Shown here: one piece after another, positions 36,501-52,000 of the stretch
Layout of the letters: every line of letters begins with the position of its first letter
Position numbering within the stretch: position 1 is the first letter of the stretch
Assembly (NCBI GenBank): GCA_051362555.1
Contig: CM120648.1
Location: forward strand, 8,800,587-8,864,586
DNA from: Lingula anatina
Lineage: Eukaryota; Animalia; Brachiopoda
Direction: 5' to 3'
DNA length: 64,000 nucleotides
The notes under the pieces: model-generated
Seen by the model: the letters and a program-made list of their open reading frames with translations, nothing else
What the model was told of the DNA's origin: nothing
The model's database searches: none
Made by a program: the position numbers and the translations under genes

Positions 36501-39500
36501 TAAGCATATTCATGCAGTCAGCGATTAAATGGCCGTTGGTTGTGGGGAAAAAATTTGGGGAAGGGTTCTGTGACAAAAACATGAACTTTACTTTAATATT
36601 TCAAAAATCAAGGAAGTAGATAAATTCTGTGGCATGTTCCACATATTTCCTCTCACCCATCAAAAAAAATAAAATAAAAAAGTAAATAAATAAAAAAGAC
36701 CAGAAAATGTCATCTTTTTGGCACAGAAAGTTTATTTCACAGCAAGATGTATATGTGAGCATGTGTGCAAAGCGCGTGTACCCGTATGGAAATGCATGCA
36801 TGTCTTCTGAGGGAGGGGGGGGGGTAAAGGTGGGAGAGGGGTCGAAGATTTCTTACATCACCAACAGATTTGTTTACAACAAACAAAAGTACATACCGTA
36901 AAAAGGTTGATCTGACAATGAACCGCCTACAATGCAATTACATCATGTTCTTTTGATAACTTGAAAATCAGACATATATATCTAGCAATCAGTGAGAGGA
37001 AGCTGAGATGTACTCTAAAATCATGAAATTTAAGTATGTTCAGACATATTTGGCAAAAAACAGAGAAACATGGCGATTTTTCATACACTTTAGTAACCTT
37101 AGTTATTCCTATATTATTTTTTTGTTTTAATCTAAAAAGTTATAGCCAATAATGGTGTATTAATACACATATAATAAATTCATCGATAAATTTGAATCAT
37201 AAATTATTTTCCCCTCAAGTATGAAAATGTAGTTTTTTAAAGTAAGGAATTTTAATCTCATAATATGTGCCAAAATGTCTGAAGCAAAAAAATCTCATGA
37301 TTAAAAGAGCAAACATTTAAAAAATGATTTTTCTAAAGCATACATCCAAATCAAAACACATAAATCAATCAGTGTGTCAATCTTGCAGTAAATTGTGGCA
37401 ATGCAATGTTAATGTGACAATTAATGAAAAAAGTGACATAGATTAATGGCAACAAGAAATGCCAAATAGGAAATTGAAATCTTCTTAGCAAGTGAAAAAA
37501 AAAGCTGATGTGTAACTATATTGACAACAGAAAAAAATCTAACTTGAATTTATTGATAGGTGGATCATGAAGGGTAAAAACTAGCAGGTGATCAAATTTG
37601 CTAGACAGTCTTAGCTTGGACAATAACCTCTTACTGACTGTGAATGTTACATGTAAAGGCTATCGCCAGTCTAAAACTCTCTGTTAAGACTAAAATGTGA
37701 TTTTAAAAAATGCAACAACTTTAGAAGCTTCTGACCAAGAGCTTTATTTCTTAAACAAGAAATAATTCATCAAGATTAAATGACTAAGTCAAACTTACCA
37801 AATTTCTGGTCTTCTTCTTCTTCAGGTGGTTTTTGTGTTGGTTCAGGCGGACTAGAATCAGCAAGATGGCGTGTGGTTTTTCTTGAAGAGCCATTTGGTG
37901 GGGGACCAGTTGTGCTGCTCTCTAGTGGTGAAATACCTATTTATAAACATACCGTGTATATATATATGTTATGATTTTTACATGATGTATTTATGACATT
38001 ACATCCTTCAATTTAGTAAAGAAAAGCTTCTAAGACAGCCACTAGAACCAATTTTGATTACATCTTTATCCCACTAGTTTAAAAGATACCTGCTTACTTC
38101 TCTTCTGTTTGTTCAAGGGACATCTTATTTTGTATGTAAAGATTAGAAGTACACTAAAAAACAGTGCATGGAGTAATTACACATCTTGGCTTTCTTGATC
38201 CTAAATGCGCACTGAAAATGTACACATGTAGCACACTGCTTACTTCTGCCCCAATTAGAGTAAAATGCAGGGGTGGTTTGAAGCCATCTTCTGGAAGATG
38301 GTCAGAATTTTTCAAGGTTACACTGCTGGGCATCTAATTTTTCTGTTGGAAGACAGTCAAAAATTGAGGATGGATCAAAAAGGACTATTGGGAAGACTGT
38401 CAGAAAATATCTCTAGATACACCCCTGCATTGGACTGCTCACCAAGTTGGAGAAATCTTTCATCATTTATGGAAAACTTAAATTTCCAACTTCAAAGGCC
38501 TACCTGCACAACTTCCTTTCTTCACAATTCTAATTTCTTTCTGCTCTCGACATTGGAACTCTCTCAGCGTACACTCATCAGGGTATTGTCTGCCATCAGA
38601 GCCACAAACTTTACCAGGTGTTGCGCCTGTACAATCCATTTTACACCTACATTCTGCTTGTCCATCTACAACTTCACAGGTGGCACTAAAGTTGCAAGAC
38701 AAGCTCTCACAGCTAGCTGAGAAGAAAAGAATGACATAATTCATACAGACTGAGTGAATGTAAAAATGTGACTGTACCTTTGTGTTTTATTTGGGGGGGG
38801 GGGGGGGGGGTTCTAAATTATATGCACTTTATCAAAATGTACCTAATTACTAGTGTGGTATGTTTTTTACGAGTGGGTTCTGAAAGCTCAAGTCAAAAAG
38901 TCATTAAATAAACAATTTGGGAAGTTTTTAAGGAGCTCCTTCTCAGGGATGCATGGGGAATATCTTTATAAAAGTTAATCTGGAATATCTTTATAAAAAT
39001 TAAATCAGATTAACATGCCTTTTCTTGTTTCTAACGAACTCATATAATCACCAGCTTTTTTGCATTCTATTCAATGCCAAAAGTAGGTGTATTAATCTGT
39101 AAATCTGATATTGTGATCCCAGTTCGTCCCCCCTGGAGTTTGTTTCAACTACTTAGTATGATCGTTTCACTGTGAATGGACCCTTAGAGCATGCTTACTT
39201 GGACCAGGTGTGTCACATCCATTAGGTCCTGGAGGTTTGCCTGAAAGACACCTGTCGCACTTGTCACCCGTCACCCCGCCAGGAATTTGCTTACATAAAC
39301 AGCGTCCCTTTGTCTGCTCACAGTCATCCCGCTCCGTCCCATACCGATTACAGTTGCATGCTGGGAAAGGAAAAGATTTATTTATATAGTGTTTTTACGA
39401 CATACCCTAATAGTTTTCTGTTATTGTTGCATGTTGAGAAATGCACATGGCAGTGTTTTGTTAATGGCAAGCTACAGTACAAATCCAAAGCAAAATTAAT

Positions 39501-42040
39501 TTCCTCTCCGTAAAACTGAAAATTCAGCTCTAAAATAGTTTTAATTTTTTTTTTCAAAATTTGAACAGAAAAATCTAGTTGACTAAATCTTAACACCTTT
39601 GCTATCCAAACTTTGTGACATTACTCCAACGAAATTTGGTCTAAATCAAATGAATATAATTGTGAAATTTGATTAACTACCCTAAATAAAAAATGAAATT
39701 ATGAAATAAAATTATTTAAATCTGCACTTTCATAAAAAGCTAACTTTTCTTCAAAAAAAAAAAAGAGAAAAAAAGAAAAAACTTACGAATGCAGCCACTG
39801 TTACCATCAGTTGTAATCTTACGAAATCCCCAATAACCGATTTCGCAACGATCACAATGCAGTCCACTTACGCCGGGCTTGCACGAGCATTGTTTTGAAG
39901 TGGGGTCGCATGTCTTTCCGAATGAACCAAAAGGGTTACACTCACAGCTACCTTGAAAGCGATAAAACAATATTAAAAAAAAAATTTTGAAAAAAAGTTA
40001 ATGAAAATGTTCAATAATGACTAAAATGACTGAGCTACAAAGAGAAATACATTTCAATTCTACACTTGTGAAAGATGCAGCTTATGATTATTAATAACAG
40101 GTGCATCATGCTTGTTAGGCAAAACAATGCATGGATATTGATCATTTTCAACAATGCAGGTTACATACACTGTACTACAGTATACTTATAACTAGCATTT
40201 TATAGATTATCATAACTTTTTTTAAATGCTCTCAAGTATAAGACCCCATTTCCAGAGATTAGATCGATCTACTTTAGATCGACCTAACTCCCTGGGGGTT
40301 CACGCTAAATAGCTGTCAGCTTAGCGGACACAAAAGTTAATTACCCCCTTACAGCTTGTAGTAGGCGGGACGGACATTTAAGCCGGATTATCTGACAGTA
40401 ATCTAGTGAGACTCCCCGCAGGGATAGATGGATCTAAAAGCTCTGGGAATACAGCCTAAGTATGGCACTATTCATTAGTACAGTATTTGAGATTTCCATC
40501 CCAGATGCAAATATGCAGATGCACTACATATTAATTACATAATTATGGACAAAGGCAGTCATCAACAGAGACATAACTACCTAAAGTGCAGATGACATGG
40601 GATTCTCGATTAGAATTTCCCATGTTAAGTTCCTGGCTGTAGTCCTGTTTGTGAATTGCATGACCATAAAATAGTTAATACGTACTGCATTCATATGCAG
40701 TGTTAACAAGAAGGTTAAATATATTACAGGATTTTAATGTCATGCATGCAGGCTGGTTAAATTTTAGAGAGATCATTGTTAATATATTTTTACATATTGA
40801 TATACACATGTACATGCTCAAATATACGTGATGTAGTACCAAAATGCTTTTGACTATATACTAATATATCTCAACAAAGCTGAAGCAAAGCTCAAGAAAT
40901 ATTGTTATGATAATCACTTCAATTATTGATATCAAAAAATTTTGTACTGTCAAATATTTCACAAATGTTCATGTTTTTAGTTGAAAACATACTGCTGTAA
41001 CCCTGCTTTTCTTCCTGTTCCATGTGTAATTTTATTCAACCGGTATACATATTGTGCTTTGATGATGATTATTAGATTTTGAAGCTGGAGCCTATATGTA
41101 ATCGTATTGCAGTAAGTTTTGTTTTCACTTGTCAATTTTTTTTTCACAAGCCATCATCCATAAAGAGTCAGTCGCATTCACACAGGTCCTAAACTCAAAT
41201 GGTTTTGTGCCCAAAATGCATTGCCAAAATATTACCTAAAATACACCCGAGTTTAAAACATGTCAAGGATGGATTTACTGTGTAAAAACTGGGACTAGAA
41301 ATATCTGTCCCAAGTTGTAAACTCTTTAGTGTTCTGGGGATGCACTGATACCTGAGACGGTTCTCGGTCCCTCCAAAACCTGTCTGACTGCACCTTAAGA
41401 GCTCACCTTTGCTGGTTACATATAATATTGGAAACTCATGGAAGCTGAAGCACATAACTCAATACCCACAAAGTGAATAAGTAATTACAGCCATAAGCTG
41501 TTGCAATTTTAACAAAGTCTGAAAATTACTTTTCTGATAAGTTCAAATTGTTAATTCATATTATAATTAGATAACTTTACCATTATTCATTTATGGCATT
41601 AAACTTCATATGCATGTTAAATATCAGATGCAGCAAGTTGAAGCATAGACAAGAAGTTAAATGTCTGTTTTAAAGAAAGATACAAGAAACCTTACACCAT
41701 CCACATTTCAGGGGGGTAGTACACAGCAAAAAACCACATAACCAGCATCAACCCATCATCCTCTCCAAATGTCGACAAAATTTGTTACAGTAGCACAAAC
41801 AGTAAAATCAGTCGTTTATTTCCATAATGAGTATCATTGAGCAACAGATTTAAAAAGAATGATTCATATTCACAAAAATATTAACCAATCGCCCTTAAAA
41901 ATGGATTATGACATCACAATGAAAACTCATAAATTGTACCAGAACCACCTACTAGATACTTCTTTTTGCACATTGAAGAAATTAAATGTAGGTCATAAAT
42001 GATCAACTCCCTCACACATGCATGTTCGTGCACACACACA

Positions 42041-42080
<40 letters not shown>

Positions 42081-45000
42081 CATGCATGCTACACCTAAGA
42101 CCTACTAGGACATCCGGCTCCATTGGGACCAGGAGAAGACGTCTTTCCGTCAGGACAGCAGCCATATTTACTCTCCGCACAAGGAATAGGAATAGGCTCT
42201 GGAATGTAAAATTTAAGTACTATGTATACATCTCGGGGAAAATATTTTTATATTTTATATATTAAAATACTTAAGCAAAGATGAGCTGCACATGTGATGC
42301 ACACTTTTCATTTTGCTAAGGGTAACCTTTTGCTCCTGCCAAATGTGAAAATACAGCGGTAATAGCATCTTGTGAAAATCTGTAAACAGAGACATAAAGT
42401 AATCAAGCCACCAAAACCCCTTTCATAATAAATCATGAATCATCGGAAATGACCAAAACTCTATGAACTGAACACAAAATCAAGTAAGATATGGCAGAAT
42501 ATGGAAGAGAATGGGTCGAGAAATAATGGCAGGTTTCTCGCACATTTTTAAATCTCAAATAACATCATGCAGTGTTCACAGCCTCAATTTCAGTTACATT
42601 AAGAAAATAATTGCACCTACTTATAACTTCCAAACAATACAGTATATATAAATTTAGTTGTAATGACATGTTTTTTCATCTCAAATATAATAATAATAAT
42701 AATAATAATATTTATTTCTTATATAGCGCATTCCATTTTTTACATTTCAATGCACTTTACAAATAATTAAAAAGTCTAAAAATAACAATACTAAAATACT
42801 TTAACATTTACTGATAAAATTAATTAATTAAAGAAAGCAGAGAAAATTTATTGATATAACTTTAAAATACTACTAAAATTAACCCAAGCTAAATATGCCA
42901 TCATGCAGTGTACACAGCCTCAATTTCAGAAACAGGTAGCTCAGATGATTTCTGTTCCAATAATTTTGCACCTACTTGTAACTTCCAAACAACATTTGGC
43001 AAACTTTGGTCCCTTGTGGCAGTAACTGTTAGCTGGACAAGGGTCATCAAGACTGTCAATGCTGCAGTCGTAGTCTTTGCCAGTTCTTGGGTTGACCAAC
43101 GGCGTCTCTCCATCACAGGCAATCGAAGGAGGGCCTGGAATTGTCATTAATATTGAGTCATTAAAAATAAATAATAATAATAAAAAATAAGAGTCATGTC
43201 AGTGATGTATGAATTTTGTGTTATATTCACAATTTTTTGACTAGCCCATCACTTTTTCTGTTTTATTATGAAATACCCTTAAATATAACTTCAAGATAAA
43301 TAATTGTATGCATTCTAAAATTTTAAAATTTGCGATTAAGAAAGATCCATCATCTATTTATAACATCTGTTTGATATTCTAATGCAGAAAATTCAGCTGA
43401 ACAACATTACATGGTACTTCTTTGATCTCTCTCTGGCGTTTACACATGGCGACTTCCAAGTGACATTTACTCATGTACCGCTTGCCGTCATTGCCACAAA
43501 CTGGCGACCTGGTAACAAAAACACCATTTTTTTTTCAGTTGTAATACTAATTTACAGACTAAACATGCATTTACACTGCAGAAAGAAGCCATTAAAAGAA
43601 AGTATTCACCCCTTTGCTCTTTGTAACAATCTCTGTTTAAATACTAATACAGTATGTATGATAGCTAGAATAAATGTTTGTTAATTAATTCATGCTGCAG
43701 TCTTTTTGTCTCAAAACTGATCATAGTTTAAGTCAAATGTTCCACTTGTCAGAACAACGTCCGGGTGTATGTAACACCCACTCACGCTTCGAACTTGTTT
43801 TAACAAGTTAAAACATCGCATTCACATGGTGGTTTTGTGGTGTATCTATAAGTTTAGACAAGAACTTCAATAGGTACATTAACTGACATCATATATTACA
43901 GTTATCAAAAGAAAGTTGGTAACATTTACCCAATGGCTGGGCAATCTGTTTTACAGACACATCCATTTCCTTCTGCGTCAAAGTCACAAACTCCACCAAA
44001 GCGACATGTAGTTTCTTCACATACTGTTTCTCCTGAACCTGTGTGTGTTGAAAATGCCTTTAGTGGTATAATAACAGAATTCTGTTTTTAAATTACCCAG
44101 AATAATAGTTGCAGTTCCAAACTGCAGCCCGATATATTCATCAGATTTGTAGCCACAATGATTGCACTTTAGAAATTACTGCACTACAAGTATAAATTCG
44201 CAGAAAAGAGATAATCATTTGGTTAACCCCAAACCAAAGTCATTTGCATATATTTTAGTTTAGCAGCAGCCCAAGATGTTAATGCTGAAAGTTATATATT
44301 ATATGTTTACATATAATTTATATCTGATTCATTTAAGCAAAATTCATCACAAGATGGCAGCACAAAGCCAAAAATGTCCCTTTTTCAGCACAAGACAAGC
44401 CACTATCAGTTACCATACCAGATTATTTTTTCTTTAAGTAGAATAAGGCCTCATACCACATCAAACTAATAATAAGTTTCTCTGATTAAAAGAGTATGAA
44501 TATGAAAAACAACATTCTCCAATACCACGCAAAAATAATGACAATAAAGCAAAAATAAGGTAAATTTACCAAAAAGAAAGCTGGCAGTAAAGAAGTATAC
44601 ATGTACTTACGGTCTTGAAAACGCTTAGTTTATAAAAAATACCAAATATTCAGCAAAAAACTAGATTCTGCAATTGCATCCAAAAAAGGTTGTCTGTGTT
44701 ATTTTCAGACTAAGAGATCCTGATTGAATTTGAGCTTTGCTTCCTTTATACAAGTTAGTTATGATAAACATTCATATGCAGTCATGCAGTATTAGAAGCA
44801 CTATCTACAGGTTAGATGTCAAATCTAGTGAAACTACTAGTATGATACTAATACTAAAAGGAACCATAGTCATAGTTCTATACACAAAAAATGAAAGTAA
44901 AAATTTCATATTACTGTACAGTTATCACAATATTCAAAATAATCACATTTTTTGGCACTCTGAGATTATATGCTATTCAATCCAAAATTTTACTGATTCT

Positions 45001-45970
45001 AATATAAAGTAAATTTTTATTAGTTCATGATCAAGATTACGCTTACACAGTTAACATTTAACAAAGTCACCCTTTACTCCATTATACATTAAGGTATAGA
45101 GAGGTCTCATAAATCACAGAGACAAACACTGTAGCTTGAGATTTAGACCGTGTTAGTAAGACAACTTCATGAGCAAATTTCCACAAATACTCGCTCTAAT
45201 CCCATTTCATAGGAGTGCACATGTGGAGATTTGAAAATGAAGAAGCTGGTTCACACAGAATTGAATTCAAGCTCAGCTAGGTCAGGGCGCTGAGACAAAG
45301 TGGCCCCGAGAAACTTAATTTTCTTCATCTACCTGACCCAGACAGCTCATCACAAACACCCTGATGGTCTATGCTTATCTCAGTGTTGGTAATACATGCT
45401 TCCCGATTCATCTCGCATTCGTTATCATAGGTCTCTCCATCTGAGCCACAAACGGGGTCGTAATGATTTGGGCAATCTTCACGACAAATGCAGCGGCCAT
45501 TTTGACAGGTGGCATTGTACAGGCACCGTATATTTGAACAATCACCTATGAAAAGAACAAAATCAATAACATTTAAAACTGATTTATAACTTTAAATAAA
45601 TATAAGTAGCAGAGTTGTGGTAAATCAGCTGGAATAAAAAATCAACAGCTGTTAATGATATATATTCTTCTCGCCAATCTTCAATTTTCTCTCTTCCAGG
45701 CAACTTATGTTTCTTTTAGGAAGTAGCCAGACTCTTGTTCCTGATAGGAGCCAGTTGCTTTACTTTCCTATCTTCACAAATACCTGCTCACATGGCAAAT
45801 GAACAAATGAGGGGATTTATAAAGTAGCGAATGTGACATTCATTGGGGCTCCTAGTAAAAAGTAGTCTGGTTCTAATATATTTATATATATCATGGAGAA
45901 TATAATCGATTGACTTTCGAAGAGTGTTCTACCCATGGGGACGGACCATGGGGAGCTGATACAGAAAGAC

Positions 45971-46038
<68 letters not shown>

Positions 46039-49000
46039 CACAGTACTGTGCTATAGCTTACAATATGCCTAGAATGTCTTTTGGCCTCCTGGAGACTGGT
46101 ATGCATCAATTGTCACCCCCCCCCCCCCCCCCCCCCCCCCCCAAGTGGTGAGTATAAAGGGGAAGAGGGATTGGTCTAGACTGACAATTTTCACAACTAT
46201 GCATGTACTTTCAATATTTTAGTGTGATACATTTTTTATTATAGCATTAGGAATGACATTCTGAAAAATAATTCTGAGAACTTAAGTTCAAAAGTTAGGA
46301 GAAAACTGTTGGGATAGCAAAATGGCCAACATAAGTAAAATGGCAGACAAATGAAATTTACACTTACAGAAAACTGGCTTGACATTTTATGTAAGATAAA
46401 CTAAATTATTGACAGACATCAATAATTGAAATTTATTAAAATGCTGATCTTTCAAAAACAGCTAGAAAAAAATGAAAAGTAGCACATTATCAAAGAATTA
46501 GCTATACATACCTCACACCAAAATTATTCCAATACATATATTCCAAGCAGCATTGAACAAATGAATTGACATTAAAACTTAAAATGTATTCAAAATAATT
46601 TAATGCACTTCTAGTAGATGAACACTGAGAGCAGCCAACATGAATGATTTTTAAAAGATTATTGATGGAAATATCATTTAAGTTTTTCCAATATTTGTCA
46701 GAGCAACATTGCAGCCACAGGCACATAAATATAGATAAAACCCATGACATTAAAAATCTTCCTGACAAAGATATACTTCAATTTTAAAGAATAGCCTGTA
46801 TATCATATGTTTACACAGACACAAATGAAAGATTTCATCAAAAGTGATCTCGTCTCATCCAAAATGCAATACTTTGTGTTGTGCTTCACTCCTAACACAA
46901 TGAAGGGGTGATGGTGGGGTGGGTGGTGGAGGTCATCCCTCCCACTCAATTATAGTGCCACACACGAAAAACAAGTGAACTACGACATATGTGGACTGTG
47001 CTCCAGTGCGACAGACTATGTGCAGTACCTAAAATATGCTTTTTCTTATACAAGGCACAGCATGTGCATTTGTGTGTGTGTGTGTGTGCGTGTGGGGGGG
47101 GGGGGGTGCGTGCATATGTATGTGTCACAGCGCAACATCTGTTCACATCAAATCAAACAGCCACACTGCAGGATTAGCTCAGATCTTTATCCCTTAATTC
47201 CCTTTAAACTCTGAAACTGACCAGTTTGGTATACTATTTTCACAAAAGTCCTTTAGACAGATAATTTTTTCTAAACTTTAGACCAAATATTTCACCAAAT
47301 TTGATCTAAGACAAGACCATACTTACAAGGATAATTATATCTTTGGTCAAAAGCATTAGCCATATATTTCATTTAATAAAACAGCCAAAATATTTATTTG
47401 TACTCATTATTTGTAATTGTTTAGGGTCAAAGGACACTAAACACTTTTTAAGTCTGGAACAATTTCTAGCCTTAAGTTCTTTTTGTGGAACCAGCCTATG
47501 GTATATGGTAACATATAATTCTTTAGTTTTTTTCTCTGGTCTTAGCCAGTCCTGCAGTGTGAAAATGACCTTGGTGAACATGAACTACAGCCTTACAATT
47601 ATATGAAACATACTGTATATGAAGGCAATATCAAAATGTTGGGCACATGTCCAGATGCTTTCATAACAATAATATCATAGCCACGAGGTGACTCAACAGT
47701 AACTATCAGGGGCAGATTGAGAGATATTTTCTGACAGTCTTCCAAATTATCTTTGTCAATCCATTCTTCATTTCTGACCGTCTTCCGACAGAAAAATTAG
47801 ACACCCTTCAATGTAAACTTGAAAATCTGACCGTCTTCCGGAAGACCCAGAAGACGGCCTAAATCCGCCCCTGACTATTGCATAATTTGGTAGTCTGGAT
47901 AAGCCCAGTGCTTTGTGAACATGATTTATTTTGTACATTCTATCATACTATTCTCTCATGTAGTTTTAAGCTGTGTTATAACTAAATAAAATGCTGTCAT
48001 TTTATGTAATACAATATACTTTAGAGACATAATGCAGTAAAAGTATCTTTCCATTGTTTGACTGCCCCAAAAAATGATCATTTCTTTGGTAAAACAAAAA
48101 TGGCTTGTCTCCACAAGCTGAAAAATAGATGAAACTTGTAGACATCAAAGCATTTAGATACTTTACATATTCAGGGGCAGATTTAGGCCGTCTTCTGGGT
48201 CTTCCAGAAGACGGTCAGATTTTCAAGTTTACATTGACAGATATCTATTTTGTTCTGTCGGAAGACGGTCAAAAGTGGAGAATGGATCAATAAAGATAAT
48301 TCGGAAACCTGTCAGAAAATATCTCTGGATCCTCCCCTGATATTGTTTGTAAAACTGTAGTTCGTGGTAAGAACATTTGAAAACACAAAACACAACAACA
48401 CTTTGAAACACTTTTCTACAATACAATCATCTAACAAACCTGAATCTGCTTTCAGTTTGGAACATCAGTGAAGTAATTGGAGAGAAAAAAGATAAAAAAT
48501 GTCAATTCTTTGTTCTCAAATTGATGACTTTATAAGTAATCACTTTATATTTTCCATATTTTCTTTCTTAAAATAAAAAATGGTTATTAATATCTTTTTC
48601 CATGTGCAAACAGAAAATAATGTTCAAGATCAAATACTTCCGTTTGTTTATCCATATTAATATTTGTCTATATTGATATTAATTTATATTTTTGTCAACA
48701 TGATCTGCCTAAATATGAAACAGGCTAAGAACATCTATTCTGTAGGGGATTCAGGCATTTACAATGGAATGCAAAAAAATCATGCAAATCCAATGGAAAA
48801 TAAATGATAGCCCATTTTGAAACTAAGCAGAAAATCCAAAACAACATGTATGGTATGGCAATGATCAAATTAAAATGTCAAAATGCAGTCTCTTTAACTG
48901 TTGTAATTTCTAATATTTTTTGCATATTAAATACCATAGGACTCTTATTTGGGAATAAATCCCCCTATTCATATAGTATGAAATATTGTCGTTTTTTCCT

Positions 49001-52000
49001 GTGCAAAAATGTTCATTTCTGTATCCAAAATTCAGATTCATAACATACATTCACTTATGTAGAATGTTCAAAATGCAGAACAAGCTTGCTTTGGTATGTT
49101 TTAATTATTGCTGGAAATATATTAATATGCAGTTCTTTAAGTTCTTAAATTGAATGAAGGCATCATGCATATAGAAACAAATGATAGGGCAATTCTTCAT
49201 TTTTTGTTCTTCATTAAAAATCATCATGCCATCAATGCTCTTTATGTAATCAATAAAATGTAAGCACATTCCTTAAAAAAAGAAAAAACTGAACATACAT
49301 GTATTGCATGCAGTAAAAACAAGTTCTTTGAAGGTCAAATTTAAAGCGACATAAAAAGCCTTGTACTGATCACATGACATAATGACATCATAACTCCCTT
49401 TTTGTTAACACGAAAAAAGAGGCATCATGAGTCAAACCCGGATCACATGATATGGCCATGACATCACAAAGGAAACATTATAAAACTGTGACATAACACT
49501 CAGGAAACATTCATATTGTGTTGCATTCATATAAACGATATCACAATAAATTTTTATCTAGTAATTAACTAGAAAAGCACCCAAAGAGCGCAGACCAACA
49601 CCAAGGATCCTGTACTGATATTGGAGAGTACATCCATCGCATGAGGCCAAGGTCATTGGCCCTATTTTGCAATGGTAACAAACCAACAGACAGACAGAGG
49701 TGAAATATAACCTCCTTGGCATAGGTAAAAATGGTCATATGACATTCATATTCATATCCAATATTCTGATCACATTTTGCATATCAAAAACAATGACATC
49801 ACAATCCACTTCCTGACCACATGAAAGGACAATGATCTGCCTTCACTGAACACCATGTCACATCACATCACAATCACTGTCACAACTAACACAATTTCAA
49901 AGCTGTGCAACTATGCATCTGAATAAACAGAGAGTCAGGTTTGCCAAATATACAGTTCTATCTGTATTATTTGCATTTTTGGTCAACAGCCATCTTTCTG
50001 TTGGGACAAATTAAACATTTTATACATATATATACATGACGTAAAGCCCCTAATAATTTCAATAATGATATCTTTGGCAACCTGTGTCAGTAAACTTGTA
50101 CTTCCAACTGTAAAATCAGAATAATCATCCACATGTAGAGTAGAGCCAAGAAATGTTAGACTTCACAATAAGTACACTGACAAAATGTAGTACTGTAAAG
50201 GAAAAAGGTATGAACAAAGAAAAGAAAGGGTGTGCAATTTATGCCCAGTTTACATGGTAAGTGTTGAACATCATGTAAGGTCCATTAAAGAGAAGTTATA
50301 TATCATGAACACCCTTACGAAAAAGTCCTATAGGATCCTATAAGATCCTATAGGATCCTATAGGAAATTGGGCCAATTTCCTATAGGATCCTATAGGACT
50401 TTTTCGTAAGGGCAGTATTAAGCTTAGCAGTATTAAGTCTATCAATAAAGATACAAGTTCAAGGTCCAGAGTGAATAAAACTGCCAATAGCACGGTCTCA
50501 GTTTGCAAAATGTTTGAAGACAAAGGTTACTTCTATGGCCTACAGACCTGTTTGGCTGCATTGCAGTTGAAAATGCCTCACATTCGAATTATCAAAATGT
50601 TTAGCAGTTTCCACAATGCCTGCCTCCTTACAGTTTGAATAAACTTATGCATTATATCATAATTTGGACAAAGATTTCAAGAAATATAGATGGTTAAAAC
50701 AATGACTGGAAGACATTTGTTTAGATTATTGACCATGTAAACAGAGTATAAGAAAATTACTTGATTTTCAAGCAGGTATATAATAAGAACATGCAGCTAA
50801 CAATCTTGCATGTTTTACTCTTAACATTGAGACATCATTATGAGGAGAGAACAGCTAATATCTTGGTATAACAGAAGTCAAGAATTTTCAGTCAGAACAT
50901 TTCAAGCCACTTAAAAATTGAGACAAATAGGTGCCAATTATTTTGCAGCTTCCAGAAACAGCTCATAAGCAATGGCATAACACATGACAAAATAAAATGC
51001 AGTGTTTATATAATATAGCGCTAAAATTGCACCGATCTTAGATAAATAATGTTCTAATGCTTTCTTAAAAAGGAGAAAATTTACTGCTCATGCTACCAGA
51101 AGGCTAGTATTTATGGAATAATTATTTTCTCTTTAAACTTGAAAAAAGATGTCTCATTCTGGGTTTAAATCCAAAATTTTGGCTATCCTTATGCTGTTTT
51201 TTTTTTTCGAAATCTTTTTGGCAAATGATCGTCTGAAGAATTATGAATAGTTTTGATATTCATTTGCTAGTTTGTTTGTTCTTAATCTTTATTTAAAAAG
51301 TATAATCAGACAAAAAAGACAGTGCCATAATTAATCAAAAGATATTTTTCACCAACAAAAAATTGAGCTTTTACTTCAATACTGATAAAAATTCACTTCA
51401 CTTCTAGCCCCATAGACATCACAAAGATCTTGCTTGATAATCATGTGTCAACTAACATTTTTACCCACAAAAAAGGTAAACATTTTGGCACCTAATGTCA
51501 CTTCACTTTTCTCACTTAGACTTCATCACACACAGCAAGCAACTCGTAATACTTTGCGGGGGTTGGACTAAGTGATAAAAACATTCAAGAATAACTAAAG
51601 GCATCTATGGTAGGTACTATAATCAAAAGATGATATTACTTTTCTCCAATAACCGCCAAACATTGTAAATTGTTCTTGGGATAAAGTCAGTCAGTTGTGG
51701 ATTCTTTAAATCCCCTGGCTGTATCGATGGACGAGAGGTGACGGTAGAGGTCAGATTAGATGCAGAAGGTGAGACATCGGCGGCTGCATGGACAAAGAGA
51801 GAAAGCGACAAGAAAGAAATAAAAGTTTCACAACACCTCTTAGTTTTCTCATCATTGCCATTCATTCCAGTAAATAAAATGAGCAAGATTTGGTTGTGAA
51901 AAGATGAAGAATCATAAAAGCTAATTCCTTTCATTCCATTCAGTAAAACTAGCAAGATATGGTAGTGAAAAGACATAGGATCAGATCATTGTAAGATGCA

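Noticed and set aside
41940-41948. Possible 9-nt exon that would add an SGSG glycosaminoglycan site
   Set aside because: Purine-rich acceptor context and weak GTACAA donor; likely chance
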